Origin: Polyangiaceae bacterium
Lineage (GTDB): Bacteria > Myxococcota_A > Polyangia > Polyangiales > Polyangiaceae
DNA length: 64,000 nucleotides
NCBI GenBank assembly: GCA_965222375.1
Contig: CBDCTZ010000014.1
Location: 96,001-160,000 of the forward strand
Direction: 5' to 3'
In this document: positions 27,051-38,619 of the stretch, in pieces
How the letters are laid out: the number at the start of each line of letters is the position of its first letter
Position numbering within the stretch: position 1 is the first letter of the stretch
Translations under genes and position numbers: made by a program
Notes under the pieces: model-generated
Seen by the model: only the letters and a program-made list of their open reading frames with translations
Told to the model about the DNA's origin: nothing
Databases searched by the model: none

Positions 27051-30000
27051 ATGAGCGGATTCGAGCGACTCCACTGGCGCTGCGGGGGCTCCGCCCCACG
27101 TGGTCCGTTCGCCCTGAGCTCGGCAAAGCGCCGCTACGAACGCAGTCGCCCTTTCGACATCACGCACCTCGCGTTGGATCTCCGCCTCGACTTGCCGAAG
27201 AAACAAGTCTTGGGCAGCGCGACTCTCAGCGTTCAGCGTGTGTCCGGACGCGCTGACATTTTCGAGCTAGACGCGGTGGGCTTCGCCATTCACGGCGTGG
27301 AGCTGGATGATGGCGCTGGCCTCGCTGACGCCGTGTACGACTACGACGGGGACATGTTGCGCATCAACATCCCTCGGGACCTGACCAAAGTAGACGTTCG
27401 AATCAGCTACACAGCAACTCCCGAGCGAGGGCTCTACTTCCTGGCCCCCGATAGCGAGGTCCCGGATCGCGCCGAGCAGGTTTGGAGTCAATGCCAGGAC
27501 GAGGATGGCCGGTACTGGTTCCCGTGTCATGACAAACCCCACGTCAAGATGACCACGGAGCTGCGGGTCGTCGTGCCTGCGGGGATGACCGCCCTTTCCA
27601 ACGGCGACCTGATCTTTCACGACACTCCGCAAACCGGCGACTCGTGGGTCTACCACTTCAAGCTGGACAAGCCTCATCCGAGCTACCTGATCACGCTGGC
27701 AGTCGGGCGCTTCGACGTCATTGCGGATCGCGACGCACGCGTGGGTGACCGGAGCATTGCGGTTACCTACTTGGTACCGCCGGGCAAGAAGGCGGAGGCC
27801 AAACGCAGCCTGGGTGAGACGCCCCGGATGATAGAGCTGTTTTCTCGGCTGACCGGCGTGGACTATCCCTTCAGCCGCTACTCGCAGGTCGTGGTGAGCG
27901 ACTTCATTTTCGGGGGCATGGAAAACACCACCGCCACGACCTTGTACGAGCACGTACTGCTCGACGAACGCGCCGCCCTGGACGTCAGCAGCCACGACTT
28001 GGTCGCGCATGAGCTGGCGCATCAGTGGTTTGGGGATTTGGTCACGTGTCGGGATTGGTCCCACGGCTGGCTCAACGAAGGATTCGCCACCTTCTTCGAA
28101 CACATCGAACGCGAAGATCGATTGGGCCTGGACGAATACGAGCACGGCGTGGATCGCGACCTTGCGGCGTACATCTCCGAGGCCGGGTCCCGCTACCAAC
28201 GCCCGGTCGTATGCCGCGAATACGAAGCCCCCATCGACCTATTCGACCGCCACCTTTACGAAAAGGGTGGTCTCGTGCTGCACATGTTGCGACGAGAGCT
28301 CGGAGACGCCGTGTTTTGGAGAGGCGTTGGCGACTATCTGCGGGCGCACGCCTACGGCATTGCCGAGACCATGAACTTCCAGCGAGCTTTGGAGCAGGTG
28401 AGCGGGCAGTCCCTGGACCAGTTCTTCGACCAATGGCTTCATCGGCCAGGTCACCCCACATTGCGAGTCAAGCTGCAGTGGGACGAAGACAAGCTTCACG
28501 TCAGCTTGAAACAGACCCAGAAGACCGGCGACACCGCGGTCTTCTGCTTCCCCCTCGAGGTTGCGGTCGCGGATTCGACGGGGAACGTGCGCCACTTCGA
28601 GAAGCTCGTTCGGGACAAGTCGGACGCGTTGACCATCGCCCTGGATGAGCGTCCGGCCTGGGTCGCGGTCGACCCTCACTTTCGCGTTGCCGCAGACTGG
28701 ACTTTGGATGCGCCAGCGGACTGGCTCAGGAAATGTCTCATGGACGCCGAGCCGGCCCGCGTGCGTATTCAAGCGGCGCGGGCACTTTCTCGCCGCCAGG
28801 ACGCGCCGACCATCGCGGCCCTGGGCGCCGCTTTGGCCAACGAGGCGCAAGCTTGGATGGTTCGCGGCCACGCCGCCCGCGCCCTGGGCAAGATCCGCGG
28901 AGACTCTGCTCTCGACGCGCTCCTGGCTTGCGCCGAGACCGAGCACCCCAAAGTTCGCCGTGCCGTCGCCAGCGCCCTCGGCAACTTCCGCGAAGGCCGC
29001 GCCGCGAAGGCCTTGAGTCGCTCGGCCAAGAAGGACATTTCGTACCTGGTCCAGGCCGAGTCATCTCGTGCCCTGGGGCGGACTCGACACAAGAACGCGG
29101 CGAAAGTACTGCCACCCTTGCTCGAGCGTTCTTCCTGGGCGGATGTGACTCGCGCCGGGGTGTTGGATGGGCTTTCCGCACTTCGGGATGAGGACCAGCT
29201 CGAGACCGTTGAGCGTTACACCCGCTACGGCGTTCCGGCTCGCGGGCGTCGAGCTGCCATCTCCGCGATGGCGCGTCTTTCTGATTCGCGAAAGACCCGA
29301 CAGCAGCTCGAAGACTTGCTCGAGGATCGCGACCCACATCTTCGGATGGACGTCGTGGCCGCGCTCGAAACCTTGGGGGATCCCAAGGCCCGGGGAGCCC
29401 TGTCGCGCTGCCTGGCCCGAGAGCTGGATGGGCGGGTCGTCCGTCGGATTCGAGAAGCGTTGCGAGAGCTCGGCACCAAGAGCAGCACCGAGCACAAACG
29501 GCTTTCCGACGAACTGGAAACCGTGCGGGGAGAGCTCAGCGAACTCAAGGTACGCCTGAGTAAGCTCGAGGGGCCTAAGAAGAGCAAGAAGGACAAGCCG
29601 CCGCGACTCGACAAGAAGTCGAAGCGCCGTCGTCGGCGACGTGAAGCGGCCAAAGCGGCGCAGGCAGCCCAGGCCACGACCCCGAAGGCCAGGCCGAAGA
29701 AAGCGACGCCCAAAAAGGTCGCCAAGAAGACCTCGCCAAAGAAGGCGGCGCCAAAGAAGGCGGCGCCAAAGAAGGCCACGGCCCAAAAGGCTACAGCGAA
29801 GAAGGTCAGCGCCAAGAAGGCGACCGCGAAGAAGGTCACCGCGAAGAAAACCACGCCGAGGCCCGCAAGAGCCAAGAAGGCCACGGCCAAGCGAGCCACG
29901 CCGAAGCAGGGTGCCAAGAAGGCGACGCCGAAGAAGCGCGAAACGAAGCGGGCTGCCGTAGCCGAGTCACGCGACAAGACGTCCGCGGCCAAAGCCAAGG

Positions 30001-30263
30001 CGAGGCGGAGCGGGGCCAAGAAGCCGATCGCCGACGCGGCCAGATCCAAGCTCGCGACGACCGGGAAATCCGCCACCAAGAAGCGTGCGCCGGCGAGAAA
30101 GCCTCGACGAGGGGCTACTTCGCCAGCGGCCAAAGCCCAGCGCCGCACAGCCGCTGCCAAGACGGTCAAGACCAAGGCCAAAGCCAAGAAGCCGACCCAA
30201 CGCCGGGGCAGTCAGGCCAAGCATGCCTCGAAGCCGAAGAAGACCCCGCGGAGCAAACGATGA
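27051..30263 (+). CDS. M1 family aminopeptidase with HEAT repeats, coiled coil and Lys/Ala-rich tail
   Basis: GGMEN, HELAHQW-x-NEG (HEXXH-x18-E), YEKGG; HEAT-like helices; basic low-complexity C-terminus. Confidence 0.93.
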   Translation: MSGFERLHWRCGGSAPRGPFALSSAKRRYERSRPFDITHLALDLRLDLPKKQVLGSATLSVQRVSGRADIFELDAVGFAIHGVELDDGAGLADAVYDYDGDMLRINIPRDLTKVDVRISYTATPERGLYFLAPDSEVPDRAEQVWSQCQDEDGRYWFPCHDKPHVKMTTELRVVVPAGMTALSNGDLIFHDTPQTGDSWVYHFKLDKPHPSYLITLAVGRFDVIADRDARVGDRSIAVTYLVPPGKKAEAKRSLGETPRMIELFSRLTGVDYPFSRYSQVVVSDFIFGGMENTTATTLYEHVLLDERAALDVSSHDLVAHELAHQWFGDLVTCRDWSHGWLNEGFATFFEHIEREDRLGLDEYEHGVDRDLAAYISEAGSRYQRPVVCREYEAPIDLFDRHLYEKGGLVLHMLRRELGDAVFWRGVGDYLRAHAYGIAETMNFQRALEQVSGQSLDQFFDQWLHRPGHPTLRVKLQWDEDKLHVSLKQTQKTGDTAVFCFPLEVAVADSTGNVRHFEKLVRDKSDALTIALDERPAWVAVDPHFRVAADWTLDAPADWLRKCLMDAEPARVRIQAARALSRRQDAPTIAALGAALANEAQAWMVRGHAARALGKIRGDSALDALLACAETEHPKVRRAVASALGNFREGRAAKALSRSAKKDISYLVQAESSRALGRTRHKNAAKVLPPLLERSSWADVTRAGVLDGLSALRDEDQLETVERYTRYGVPARGRRAAISAMARLSDSRKTRQQLEDLLEDRDPHLRMDVVAALETLGDPKARGALSRCLARELDGRVVRRIREALRELGTKSSTEHKRLSDELETVRGELSELKVRLSKLEGPKKSKKDKPPRLDKKSKRRRRRREAAKAAQAAQATTPKARPKKATPKKVAKKTSPKKAAPKKAAPKKATAQKATAKKVSAKKATAKKVTAKKTTPRPARAKKATAKRATPKQGAKKATPKKRETKRAAVAESRDKTSAAKAKARRSGAKKPIADAARSKLATTGKSATKKRAPARKPRRGATSPAAKAQRRTAAAKTVKTKAKAKKPTQRRGSQAKHASKPKKTPRSKR
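29690..29935 (+). repeat. 15-bp-period repeats encoding [10 protein letters not shown] pentapeptides
   Basis: AAGAAGGCGGCGCCA-like units in tandem. Confidence 0.85.
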
Positions 30264-31045
30264 GCTCTGAGCCCCTTCTGATCGACGTGCGCGATGGCGC
30301 TGCCATCCTCACCCTCAACCGTCCAGATCGCATGAACGCGCTGTCGCGGGATTTGCTGTTGGCCCTCGGCGCAGCGCAGCAGACGGTCGCTGAAGACTCG
30401 AACGTGCGCGCAATCGTGATCACGGCTCAGGGTGAAAAAGCGTTCTGCGCCGGCGCCGATCTGAAAGAGCGGCGCGGGATGAGCATGGATGATGTGCGCT
30501 CGCAGCTCGCCTTGTATCGCACTCAACTCGGGTGGCTCGACGCATCGCCGATACCAGTGATTGCTGCCATCAACGGCGTCGCCTTCGGGGGTGGGTTGGA
30601 GCTCGCTCTGCTCTGCGATCTTCGCGTGGCCGCCCAGCACGCCAAGCTCGGCCTCCCGGAGACGGGGCTCGGCATCATCCCCGGCGCGGGCGGCACCCAG
30701 CGACTTCCACGCATCCTAGGCGAAGCCAAAGCCAAGGAACTGATCCTGTTGGGCAGCCGCCTGACCGCCCAACAGGCTGCTGATGTGGGTCTCATCAACC
30801 GGGTCACGCCCTCGGGCAAAGCCGTGCTCGAAGACACCATGGAGTGGATTGCGCCGATTCGGCAGGGCGCTCCGATTGCCCAAACTTCCGCCCTCGCCGC
30901 CATCGACGCGTCCTACGACACGACTCTGGCCCTGGGCTTGGAGCTGGAGCGGGTCTTCTACGACGAGTGCTTGCGCAGTGAGGATCGGGTCGAGGCCCTG
31001 CGGGCGTTTGCGGCCAAAGAAAAGCCGGTGTTTCGCGGCAAGTAG
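30260..31045 (+). CDS. Enoyl-CoA hydratase/isomerase family protein
   Basis: [44 protein letters not shown]. Confidence 0.95.
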   Translation: MSSEPLLIDVRDGAAILTLNRPDRMNALSRDLLLALGAAQQTVAEDSNVRAIVITAQGEKAFCAGADLKERRGMSMDDVRSQLALYRTQLGWLDASPIPVIAAINGVAFGGGLELALLCDLRVAAQHAKLGLPETGLGIIPGAGGTQRLPRILGEAKAKELILLGSRLTAQQAADVGLINRVTPSGKAVLEDTMEWIAPIRQGAPIAQTSALAAIDASYDTTLALGLELERVFYDECLRSEDRVEALRAFAAKEKPVFRGK

Positions 31046-31077
31046 CGCGCTGCCGCCGTCGAAGCTATGTGTCGTAT

Positions 31078-32820
<1,743 letters not shown>

Positions 32821-32832
32821 GCCATCCGGGGC

Positions 32833-34020
32833 TCAGTAGGGCTTGGTTCGTCGCGGGGAGGGCGTCGTGCCATCCGACGCGAGGGGTTCATCATCCGACG
32901 GTGGGGCGCCTTTCACGGTAGGGCGCACGGTTGTGCGCTCCGGCGCGTTGCTGTCATGAGCTCCCCCCACGTCCATAACGCCTCGCGCGTCTAGCGGGTT
33001 GCGTGGGCGCGCCCCGGAGTCTTCGCGGAGAGGCCGCGGGTTGCTCTGCGGGCGAGTGGCGGATGTCTCGCCCAGGGGCCGCGGGTTGCTCCGCGGGCGA
33101 GTGGCGGAAGTGGTTTCGGGTGGCCGCGGGTTGGTCCGTGGCCGAGTGGCGGACGTTGACTCGGGGGGTCGCGGATTGCTTCTGGTGCGCGCCCGCCCCG
33201 GTGTGCTCGGTCGCCGGGGCGCTCGCTCCGAGGGCGTGGCGTCCAGCTGGCCGTGCTCTGGCTCCTGGACCGAGTAGCCGGTGGGGGACAGCGTGCGCTT
33301 CGTCGTCGGCGCAACCTGGGATGAGCGCCGAGAGAAGATTGCGTCGACCTCTTCGGAAAGTGATGCCTGCTTGATGGATGTTCCCAGAGGGCGCGTCGAC
33401 CGCCGTGGCGGCTGAGAAGGGTCGGATTGTGAAGCCGGCGGCTCGGAGCGAGTGTGGAGAATCACGTCCACGCGAGCGGTTTCCCCACGGGTCTCACCGT
33501 AGACACGAAACTGTGGAGCTTGGCAGCGGGCGAAGCGCTGTGCTGCATGCACTGCGCCGACCGCGAGGTGTCGGACAATCCGCGTCATGCGGGGATGCCC
33601 TTCCGCTCCAACCTCGAGGCTCAAGCCGCTCGGTGTGCGCGAAAGCGCATACTTGATTGTCATGTTCAGAAAGGGATGCTGGAAAGGCACGCGGAGCCGG
33701 GCCAGCGTGCCGTGCAAGTCCCCGACGATGACGCTGCCCCCGCTTTGGCTCAGGGTTCGGGCCACGAATTCGGTTGCAAGCTCTTCGAGGAATCGGCCGC
33801 TGCCATCGCCGAGTTTGGTGTCGATGGCGTTCAGAAAATCCTCGACGTCCGCCAAGGGCACGGTTGCCGTGGGGCCTGCCTTGGCCAGGGATTCTTTGGA
33901 GCAGGTACTCCGGACGCGTTCCGGCAAGGCGCCGCACACGAACGCCACCGCTCCGGTTCCACGCTCGCGCTCCACAAGTGCGAGGACCTCCCGGACGAAC
34001 CCTGATCGTACCGATCCCAC
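32833..34020 (-). CDS. Hypothetical protein with globular N-terminal domain and repetitive disordered tail
   Basis: 395-aa ORF; TATACT upstream of the GTG; C-terminal Pro/Arg/Ser/Thr repeats. Confidence 0.7.
   Translation of the reverse strand: MGSVRSGFVREVLALVERERGTGAVAFVCGALPERVRSTCSKESLAKAGPTATVPLADVEDFLNAIDTKLGDGSGRFLEELATEFVARTLSQSGGSVIVGDLHGTLARLRVPFQHPFLNMTIKYALSRTPSGLSLEVGAEGHPRMTRIVRHLAVGAVHAAQRFARCQAPQFRVYGETRGETARVDVILHTRSEPPASQSDPSQPPRRSTRPLGTSIKQASLSEEVDAIFSRRSSQVAPTTKRTLSPTGYSVQEPEHGQLDATPSERAPRRPSTPGRARTRSNPRPPESTSATRPRTNPRPPETTSATRPRSNPRPLGETSATRPQSNPRPLREDSGARPRNPLDARGVMDVGGAHDSNAPERTTVRPTVKGAPPSDDEPLASDGTTPSPRRTKPY
33032..33195. repeat. 45-bp tandem repeat, about 4 copies (15-aa RPRSNPRPPETTSAT-like)
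   Basis: Units begin at 33032, 33077, 33122 and 33167. Confidence 0.9.
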
Positions 34021-34135
34021 CGAAAGGCCAGTATAGGGACGGCTAGGGAGACTGTCGAAAGCACCCAGTTGTGCAGCATCTGCTCAACTGGCCCAATCTG
34101 CAAAAGGTTAGCGATTTCAGGCGGTTGTTTGTGGT

Positions 34136-35359
34136 TCAAGCGTTGCTGAGCGCACGTTCAAGGTCAGCGATGATGTCGACGCCGTCTTCGATGCCGACGC
34201 TGAGCCGGATCAGGCCCGCTTCGATCCCCACCGCGGCGAGCTGCTCGTCATCTAGCTCGTGGTAGCTCATGAGCGCCGGCTGCTCGATGAGGGTTTCGAC
34301 GCCACCCAAGGAAGGCGCGATGCGAGCGAGTTTGCAGGCATCCACGATGGCAGAAGCGTGGCTGCGGCCACCCTCGGCGACGAAACTCACGACGCCTCCA
34401 AATCCCTGCATTTGCCGAGCAGCAACCGCGTGGGTCGGGTGCGTCAGCAACCCGGGGTAGTGCACCCGCGTCACCTCGGCCCGCTGGGATAGGAACGTCG
34501 CTACTTCCATCGCGGTCTGGTTCTGCTGCATCACTCTCAGGGCCAGCGTCTTCAATCCGCGCCCAACGAGAAAGGCCGCATGGGGGTCGAGCACTCCACC
34601 CAAGACTCCCCGCATATCGCGAATCAAGGAAATCGTGTGGCTCGGCCCTGCGACGAAGCCTCCCAGCACGTCGTTGTGACCTGCAAGGTACTTTGTTGCG
34701 CTGTGCGCCACGAGTTCGATTCCGAAGCGAGCTGGGCGCAAATTGATGGGCGTGGCGAAAGTGGAATCGATCAGAGTCTTCACGCGACCATGCTGCTTGA
34801 CCACGGTGTTGAGCTCTTCCAGATCCGTACAATATAGATACGGGTTGGTTGGCGACTCGGCAACCACCAAGCGCGTTTGTGGGGTCAGTGCTGCCTGCAG
34901 CTCTTGAACGCCACCGGGAGCCACCAATGAGTGCTCGATGCCGTACCGCTCCAGTGTGCCCATGACCAGCTGTCGCGTGCGTCGATAGCACTCGCGAAAC
35001 AGAACCACGTGATCGCCAGATTTGAGCAGTGCGAGCATGACCGTGGACAAGGCGGCCATGCCGCTCGCGAAGCCAACGGCGTCGGCAGTGCCCTCCAGTT
35101 CCGCTACCCGGCGCTCCACCTCACGTACCGTCGGGTTGCCGTAGCGGCCGTATTCCTCTCGATCGGGATCGGAGTCCTGTCCGTTCATGTACCGTTCGAG
35201 GTCGGCGGTACTATCGAAAGTAAACGTCGCCGTCTGGGCGATCGCAGGGGCCAGACAATGATGAGCGCGCTCTTTCTCCGTGCCCGCGTGTACGGATTCA
35301 GTCGACGACGCGAAGCGCCCATCTTGGGGACGAGGAGTAGCCGGTTTGTCCGAGCTCAT
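34136..35359 (-). CDS. metB: Cystathionine gamma-synthase family PLP enzyme
   Basis: YGRYGNPT, SGMAA, ESPTNP, DSTFATP, HSATKYLAGHND, SLGGVETL. Confidence 0.85.
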   Translation of the reverse strand: MSSDKPATPRPQDGRFASSTESVHAGTEKERAHHCLAPAIAQTATFTFDSTADLERYMNGQDSDPDREEYGRYGNPTVREVERRVAELEGTADAVGFASGMAALSTVMLALLKSGDHVVLFRECYRRTRQLVMGTLERYGIEHSLVAPGGVQELQAALTPQTRLVVAESPTNPYLYCTDLEELNTVVKQHGRVKTLIDSTFATPINLRPARFGIELVAHSATKYLAGHNDVLGGFVAGPSHTISLIRDMRGVLGGVLDPHAAFLVGRGLKTLALRVMQQNQTAMEVATFLSQRAEVTRVHYPGLLTHPTHAVAARQMQGFGGVVSFVAEGGRSHASAIVDACKLARIAPSLGGVETLIEQPALMSYHELDDEQLAAVGIEAGLIRLSVGIEDGVDIIADLERALSNA

Positions 35360-37089
35360 TTCGGCTCGAGAGCTTGCTGCATCGCCGTCACGCGATCCGC
35401 GATGAGCTTGGCAGCCTGCGCCAGTTCGACGAGTTCCGCCTTCTTGGGATCGGGTTCCGACCGCGGTTTTAGCTCGACGCCGCCACGTTCCAAGCTTTTC
35501 TTGCCGATCGTTGCTCGCAGTGGGATTCCAATCAGGTCCGCATCCTTGAATTTGACGCCGGGCCGCAACGCCCGATCATCAACGAGTACGGAGAGGCCCA
35601 GCGCTTCCAGGTCGTGTTCCAGCTGCGTGACGGCGTCGACTACCTCGGGCTCGGTCCCGAGCTGAACCACGGCAACCTGGTACGGGGCCAGACTGATCGG
35701 CCAGCAGATGCCGTTGTCGTCGTTGAATTGCTCGACGGCGGTGGCGACGAGGCGTGAAACGCCAATGCCGTAACAGCCCATCACCAAGACGCGCTTTTCA
35801 CCGGCGTCATCCAGATAGGTTGCGCCCATCTTGTTGGAGTAGTGGGTGCCCAACAAGAAGATGTGGCCGGCTTCGATGCCTCGATAGATGGCGAGGCTGC
35901 CGTCGCTGCAGTTTGGACAGTGGTCTGCCGCCTTGACGCTGCGGATGTCTGCAACCTGGCCGCTGAAGTCGCGGCCGGGCGAGACATTCTTGAAGTGATA
36001 GTCAGTCTCGTTGGCGCCCGTGATGCCGACAGCCACGGCTTGGGCGTTCCAGTCGACGATGAGCTTGCCTTTGAACCCGACCGGGCCTGCGAAGCCAACG
36101 CCGGCACCCGTGGCCTCTTTGACGACTTCCGCGCCCGCCAGGAACACCTCACCTACACCCAAGGCTTTGGCGAGTTTGATTTCGTTGATCTCGTCGTCTC
36201 CGCGCACAACCGCCATGATCGTTTCTTGGCCTGCGACGTAGATGAGGCTTTTCAGGAACACATCGGGAGAAGCCCCCAAGAATGCGCTCACTTCGTCGAT
36301 GGTCCCGGCGTTGGGGGTGTGGACCTTTTCTGGAGCGGCGGGTTCCTCCGAAGATTGGGCAGGCTCTTGCTCAGGGGTTGTGGCTACTTCCAGGTTGGCG
36401 GCGTAATCACACTGGTCGCAAGCCGCGATGGAGTCCTCACCACTCTGAACCAAGACCTGGAACTCCGCGCTACCGCTGCCGCCCATGGCGCCCGAGTCCG
36501 CGCTGACCATTCGATAGGTCAGCCCCATGCGATCGAAGATGCGCGTATATGCCACCCGCATCTTCTCGTAGCTTTGCTTGGCGCTTTCTTCGTCCGTGTC
36601 GAAGGAATACGCGTCCTTCATCGTGAACTCGCGACAGCGCAGCAGGCCGCCTCGAGGGCGGGGCTCGTCTCGGAACTTGGTTTGAATCTGGTACAGGTTC
36701 TTCGGCAGGTCGCGATAGCTATGGAGCTCTCGACGAGCCATGTCGGTAATGATCTCTTCGTGGGTGGGGCCCAGGTGATAGTCGCTGCCCTTGCGATCCT
36801 TGAGACGCAGCAGATTGTCGCCGAAGAGGTCCCAGCGTCCGGTTTCGCGGAAGTAGTCCGAGGGCAGCAGCGCGGGGAGCAACACTTCGAGAGCGCCGGC
36901 GCGATCCATTTCCTCGCGCACGATGGCTTCGACGGCGCGCAGAACCCGGACCCCAAGCGGCAAGAAGCTGTAGATCCCGGCACCGACCCTGCGCACATAA
37001 CCGGCGCGCAGAAGTAGGACGTGGCTGACGCTGGTGGCGTCGGAGGGAGCTTCTTTGAGGGTGGGGGCGAGGGCGCTGGAGAGCCGCAT
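35356..37089 (-). CDS. proS: Proline--tRNA ligase with INS editing domain
   Basis: LGPTHEE, QTKFRDEPRPRGGLLRCREF, MGCYGIGVSR, KFKDADLIGIP. Confidence 0.97.
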   Translation of the reverse strand: MRLSSALAPTLKEAPSDATSVSHVLLLRAGYVRRVGAGIYSFLPLGVRVLRAVEAIVREEMDRAGALEVLLPALLPSDYFRETGRWDLFGDNLLRLKDRKGSDYHLGPTHEEIITDMARRELHSYRDLPKNLYQIQTKFRDEPRPRGGLLRCREFTMKDAYSFDTDEESAKQSYEKMRVAYTRIFDRMGLTYRMVSADSGAMGGSGSAEFQVLVQSGEDSIAACDQCDYAANLEVATTPEQEPAQSSEEPAAPEKVHTPNAGTIDEVSAFLGASPDVFLKSLIYVAGQETIMAVVRGDDEINEIKLAKALGVGEVFLAGAEVVKEATGAGVGFAGPVGFKGKLIVDWNAQAVAVGITGANETDYHFKNVSPGRDFSGQVADIRSVKAADHCPNCSDGSLAIYRGIEAGHIFLLGTHYSNKMGATYLDDAGEKRVLVMGCYGIGVSRLVATAVEQFNDDNGICWPISLAPYQVAVVQLGTEPEVVDAVTQLEHDLEALGLSVLVDDRALRPGVKFKDADLIGIPLRATIGKKSLERGGVELKPRSEPDPKKAELVELAQAAKLIADRVTAMQQALEPK

Positions 37090-37267
37090 GGTGGCTGCCT
37101 GCCTAGCACAGCGCTCCGAGGGACGGCGCGGAAGCGGGCGGCCCCGACCCCGGCCACGAAAGCTCTCATTTTCCCGACGTTTCTTCGGGTTTTGACACAC
37201 TGCAGCATTTTGACTACATCAGCGCACGATGTAGGGGCGTGTCATCTAGGGACCCCGGGAGCTTGTC

Positions 37268-38434
37268 ATGTTCAAAAAGACCCTGCCTTTCTTCGCTTTT
37301 GCTCTTCTCGGCTGCAGCGCAGCGACCGAGGAAATTGGCCCTCTGCCGGAACCCGATGGAGAGGCCGTCGCCGAAGAACTGTCCGGTGACGTGAGCACGT
37401 ACTTCATCGTCGCACGCCAGGACTATCGCAAGTGCATGTACCCCCACTGTGGCGGCTACTTCGTCCGACGGGTCAATCGCCTGTTCACGCGCTGCGCTGA
37501 TGGCTATTGGCGTGGTGAGTGTCACGCCGTCGACGTCGACCTCTCGTCACTCGGCCTGAGCGAGCAGGCGGCCAAGGATTTTCGAAGTGGCACCTTCGGG
37601 GCGGGCAAGGGTCTGGTTCGAGGTGAGCTCGAAGTCATTGATGGGGCCCATACCCTCGTCGCGAGCGAGGCCTGGGTCGGGGAAAGTAAGTCGAAGCCTT
37701 ACGGTGGCATTTGGCGTGTCGAGGACAGCGGCATCGTCTGCATCACCTACCCTTGCGTGAGTTTCACGGAGACCCTACTGAACCATGGCTACAAGCGCCA
37801 GATCCACAGTGTCGATCTAGCTGCTTCCGGTGCGGACGCGAATAGCGTCAGCAGCGGCTACCAGGAACTCGCCGATGACGGCATTCTGGTCGCGGGACTG
37901 CACTGGAAGACCTGGGGCCCGGCGGGCTGGGGCATCGATCTGCGTGCCTCGGAGTTCTACACGCGGCTCGAAGGCAAGCCCTACTGTGCGACCACCTACG
38001 TGAACGCGCCCTACGTGAACTCCCCAACCTTCTACGCCAAGAACTTCGGTTCCGAGAAGAGCGCCTGGGCGTGGCTGTCGCAGAGCTTTCCCCACGGCGA
38101 GGGTAGCCAGGTCATTGAGGGGGCCTGCAACCAGCCTCGCGCTTGTATCAAGCTGTACAAGCCCGTGTGCGGCGTCGTGAAAGATTCGCCGGAAGCGGCC
38201 TACGGGAATTCTTGCGAGTTCGAATCGGCGTTGATGGCCGACGCTGGAAGCGACGGCGAGAGCAAGGGCTTCTACACCGATGGCGCCTGCGCCCCCGCTT
38301 GCGATTACGAAGACCCGAGTCGCGAGTACGTCGCGCAAAGCTCAGCCCAGTGCGCGACCATCAAGTTCTTCTGCGAGGTCGGGACGCCGTTCTCCGACGC
38401 CTGTGGCTGCGGCTGTCTGCTGCCCAGCAAGTGA
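37268..38434 (+). CDS. Cys-rich lipoprotein (DUF6748-like with Kazal-like module)
   Basis: Lipobox LLGC; RKCMYPHCGGYFVRRVN; GIVCITYPC; CIKLYKPVCG...YGNSC; FSDACGCGC. Confidence 0.75.
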   Translation: MFKKTLPFFAFALLGCSAATEEIGPLPEPDGEAVAEELSGDVSTYFIVARQDYRKCMYPHCGGYFVRRVNRLFTRCADGYWRGECHAVDVDLSSLGLSEQAAKDFRSGTFGAGKGLVRGELEVIDGAHTLVASEAWVGESKSKPYGGIWRVEDSGIVCITYPCVSFTETLLNHGYKRQIHSVDLAASGADANSVSSGYQELADDGILVAGLHWKTWGPAGWGIDLRASEFYTRLEGKPYCATTYVNAPYVNSPTFYAKNFGSEKSAWAWLSQSFPHGEGSQVIEGACNQPRACIKLYKPVCGVVKDSPEAAYGNSCEFESALMADAGSDGESKGFYTDGACAPACDYEDPSREYVAQSSAQCATIKFFCEVGTPFSDACGCGCLLPSK

Positions 38435-38540
38435 GACCCAGCTCCCGGGAGCTCACTAATGGGGATTCATGCACGATTTTAGTAAACAATAATCTTAAAG
38501 AAATCAGGTAAAATTCTTAGTTTTGCCACGCTGCTGGGTA

Positions 38541-38565
38541 ATTCCCGACTTGTATTACCGGAAAT
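38541..38565 (+). promoter_or_regulatory. Putative Rrf2-family (IscR/CymR-like) operator
   Basis: 25-bp imperfect palindrome ATTCCCGACT-TGTAT-TACCGGAAAT in AT-rich DNA upstream of the sulfite reductase gene. Confidence 0.5.
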
Positions 38566-38619
38566 AGGGTTCAATCTTTCCTCACGGCCGCCGCAAAGGC
38601 TGCGCGTGAGGAAGACAGC

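Noticed and set aside
26947..27126. Long N-terminal extensions in the ORF track (recD2, proS, fsa, HU, pssA, hemA, lpxK, lipase)
   Set aside because: Family-like sequence begins at downstream starts supported by an SD, a -10 box or stop/start overlap
32990..33195. 45-bp periodic repeat considered as a CRISPR array
   Set aside because: In-frame coding repeat with no unique spacers and no cas genes
35842..37017. 391-aa ORF antisense to proS, and similar long shadow ORFs (3208-4503, 4689-5696, 9803-10852, 13031-14200, 23618-24760, 29225-30187, 52595-53731, 56766-57908)
   Set aside because: They overlap well-supported genes, show no motifs, and are expected from stop-codon scarcity in GC-rich DNA
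38575..38615. Known riboswitch (c-di-GMP-I or SAM) upstream of the sulfite reductase
   Set aside because: Lacks the conserved aptamer elements; kept only as an RBS-occluding hairpin
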